NCBI GenBank assembly: GCA_038087875.1
Contig: CM076001.1
Location: 1,488,001 to 1,552,000 of the forward strand
Direction: 5' to 3'
Length of the DNA stretch: 64,000 nucleotides
Origin: Malacoraja senta
Lineage: Eukaryota
The notes below the pieces were generated by a model. The model did no database searches and had not been told where the DNA came from. It was given only the letters and a program-made list of their open reading frames with translations. Below are positions 61,400 through 64,000 of the stretch, piece by piece. Within the stretch, counting starts at the first letter, position 1, and each line of letters begins with the position of its first letter. Made by a program: the position numbers and the translations under genes.

Positions 61400-61695
61400 A
61401 TTTTAGTTTACAGATACGGCATGGAAATGGGTCATTCTGCCCACCGAGTCCATGCCAACCTTCAAACACGTGGTCGCAGTATTTCTATGCTGGGGCCAAT
61501 TCTACAGAGGTCAATTAATCTACAAATTCACACATGTTTGGGATGAGAGAAGAAACCAGAGCACCCAAAAGAAACACACATGGTCACAAGGAGAATGTGC
61601 AAACTCCACACAGATAGCACACAAAGTCTGGATCTAACCAGGGTCTCTGGAACTGTGAGGCAGCAGCTGTACCAAATGCTCCACTGTGCCACCCC
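61400..61695 (-). mobile_element. HE1-like SINE
   Basis: Reverse complement of gggtggcacagtggagca...cagagaccctggttagatcc...ggtgggcagaatgacccatttcc. Confidence 0.75.
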
Positions 61696-63468
61696 TCTAT
61701 CTGTAAGCAGTAGAACTGAAGATCAATTAAAAATGACAGATATATTAACCAAGTAGCGGCAGAACTCTAATGTAAATTCTTCTTAAACGCTCTCCGCAAT
61801 GTACTATAGAAGGCTTGGGATTTTTCCAAGGTTCATAATGTTCTAGGAGCAGAATTAGGCCATTTGGGTCATCAATTCCTCTCCGCCACTCAATCATGGC
61901 TGATCCATCTTTCGCTCCCAACCCCACTCTCCCGCCTTCTTCCCACTGACCGCTGACACCCGTACCAATCAAGAATCTGTATATCTCTGCCTTAAAAATA
62001 GTCTCCAACATCTCCATGCAAAAGCTTCACAAACTGTTGGAAATTAAAATATTATTGTAACAAAAATTATGTAAATTCTTTAGAAATGATAAGACACTAG
62101 AAAACACATTATAAAAGGCATTTTGACCAACTTAATGAAATAAAATAAAGTGAATATTGTCTTTATGCTGTTTATGAAGGAACTGTAGATGCTGGATCAT
62201 AACGAAGGTTTATATAAAACATTTATCAATTTCTGTCAATTCTCTATCAACGTTGTCGCCTGATACATTGTTGACAGTTATATCTAACTGCATAGACAAC
62301 ATTAACATCATGGAGACATATAAGACCGCAGATCAAGTATCAAGTATCAAGTATCCTTTATTGTCATTCAGACCTTTCAGTCTGAACGAAATGTCTTGCC
62401 TTGCAGTCATAACATAGAATAAAATAACAACAACACACGATAAACACAGATTTAACATCCACCACAGTGAGTCCACCAGGCACCTCCTCACTGTGATGGA
62501 AGGCAAAAGTCTTAAAGTCCTTGCTGACATTTTGAGGAAAACACAAAAATGGTTGTTAACCGCGGAAGGCATGCAGCATCTGGGGAGGGCTGGACTCGAA
62601 CCCGGGTCGAATTCTTCTTCAGGCGAAAGACACAGTACTGGAGTAACACAGCACTTTACGACTTCTTTTTTTTAAACCAGCATCTGCAGTTCATTGTTTC
62701 TGTCTTTAGATTGACAACGTACAAATGACACAAGGTACGGCATAGGAAAGCTTAGAATATCAGTTTCGAAGTGAACTGACCAAAGTTCTCGGTGGCGATG
62801 TGGACCGGAGAGAAATAACGGTGTATGAACACACTTCGGTTGGTAAGATTTCAGACTTCATTATTAAGGATGCGGTTTCGGCGGACTTGGAATCACACGA
62901 TAAAATAGGCCACAGTTAGCATGATTTTGTTCAGGGTAGATCGTACCTAATCTCTAAACTGTTGGAAACTGCCGTAGTTGTTTGAGCAACAAGTTGGATA
63001 GACGATGGAGAGTCAGTGGATGTTACTTGCTTGGATTTTTGTAAGTCCTTTGATCAGATGTCGCGCGGAGCACTGCTAAACAAGATAAGAGCCCATTGTA
63101 TTAGAGGCTAGATGCCAGCATGGACCGAGAATTGGCTGACTGGGAGAAGGCCGAGTTAGGAAAGGGTGGGGAGGGGTGTATTGTTTTCTGCGCTAACCAG
63201 AGGTTTCTGCAGGATCATAGTTGAGTTAGCTACTTTTCACGTAACTTTTTAGTTTTCTGGATGTTGGAATTGAAACAACTTGCGTCGTTTAAAGCTTGGT
63301 TGTTTCTCGGGTTCACCAGGATGCAGTGGCTGATAAGTACATCCGATATTTCTCAGGTTTCCTGTCAGTGTGTATCTGAGCACCTATCGGCGGCCTCCAC
63401 ATGGCGGCTACATTGGGCCCTTGAACCCCTGCGAAACCCAGAAAGGAGAGGAAAGGCTCACCACAGGC

Positions 63469-63507
63469 AGTTTTTGCACTGCGAAGAGACTGCTTTCAAT
63501 CATTGTG
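63469..63507 (-). other. V RSS, 23-nt spacer (minus strand)
   Basis: CACAATG + 23 nt + GCAAAAACT. Confidence 0.9.
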
Positions 63508-63817
63508 GAACCCAGGGCGCAGTAATACACAGCAGAGTCTGTGAACTGCAGACCCCAAATAGTTAAATTGATAATTGAAGTTGCTGTCTGGAGAACCGCA
63601 GAGAATCGTTTCTCTAATATGTCTCCCCGTTCTTCCTGTTGGTCCCAAGACTGTTTCAGCACAATAATCTCAGGATTCTCCGCCGCAATTTGTCGGTACC
63701 AATATAAACAATAGGCGGATGCTGTAGTATTGTAGGTACAGGTTAGTTTCACCAAATCCCATTTTCTCGGGCTCAGTGAAGACTGGCTCTGAGTGACCGA
63801 ATCCCCAGCGCCCTGCC
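63508..63817 (-). CDS. TCR alpha/delta-type V segment, inverted relative to the NAR-TCR cassette
   Basis: GDSVTQSQSSLS...VKLTCTYNTTASAYCLYWYRQ...LQFTDSAVYYCALG; acceptor tttcacAG; open to the RSS; leader not located. Confidence 0.9.
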
Positions 63818-64000
63818 CTGTGAAATGGATTCCGGGTCAAGAGGAAAAAAAACGCCCGTTAGACGGTGGAAGGGAACAAATGGAACGTTTCGACATGCGG
63901 ATAAAACACAGTTTTACACAACATTGCTCCTTGTTTTAGAAAACATCAGTTGCGAAGGGTTACATGGAACAAAGAAACGGACACCACATGAACAAGCCGT

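Noticed and set aside
63950-64000. Leader exon for the inverted V
   Set aside because: The only ATG gives MWCPFLCSM-stop. The hydrophobic frame (RLVHVVSVSLFH) has no start in the window and would need a phase-0 intron, atypical for V leaders. Left unresolved.

Overview
Repeat-dense vertebrate genomic DNA, almost certainly from a cartilaginous fish. The CR1, L2, Rex1, Penelope and HE1-type repeat set and IgNAR-like V gene point there; a skate or ray is my guess. The window is part of a T-cell receptor alpha/delta-type locus. Its core (6.6-11.5 kb, + strand) is an apparently intact NAR-TCR cassette: leader, IgNAR-like V with 23-type RSS, one 12/12 D, a 23-RSS J, then a leaderless supporting TCR-delta V with its own 23-RSS. 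The J donor and supporting-V acceptor are in frame, and each V carries an extra cysteine. A second TCR alpha/delta V lies inverted at 63.5-63.8 kb. Between them are two-exon GPR139/GPR142-like GPCR genes on the - strand: one lacks TM5, one is disrupted by an L2 insertion, and there is an orphan duplicate first exon. The rest is mostly retroelements, including a near-full-length CR1, a Tx1 fragment and Penelope repeats with hammerhead motifs. There is also a decayed tRNA-Ala, a recent local inverted duplication and two assembly gaps. All calls come from reading the sequence by eye; no searches were run, and repeat boundaries are approximate.
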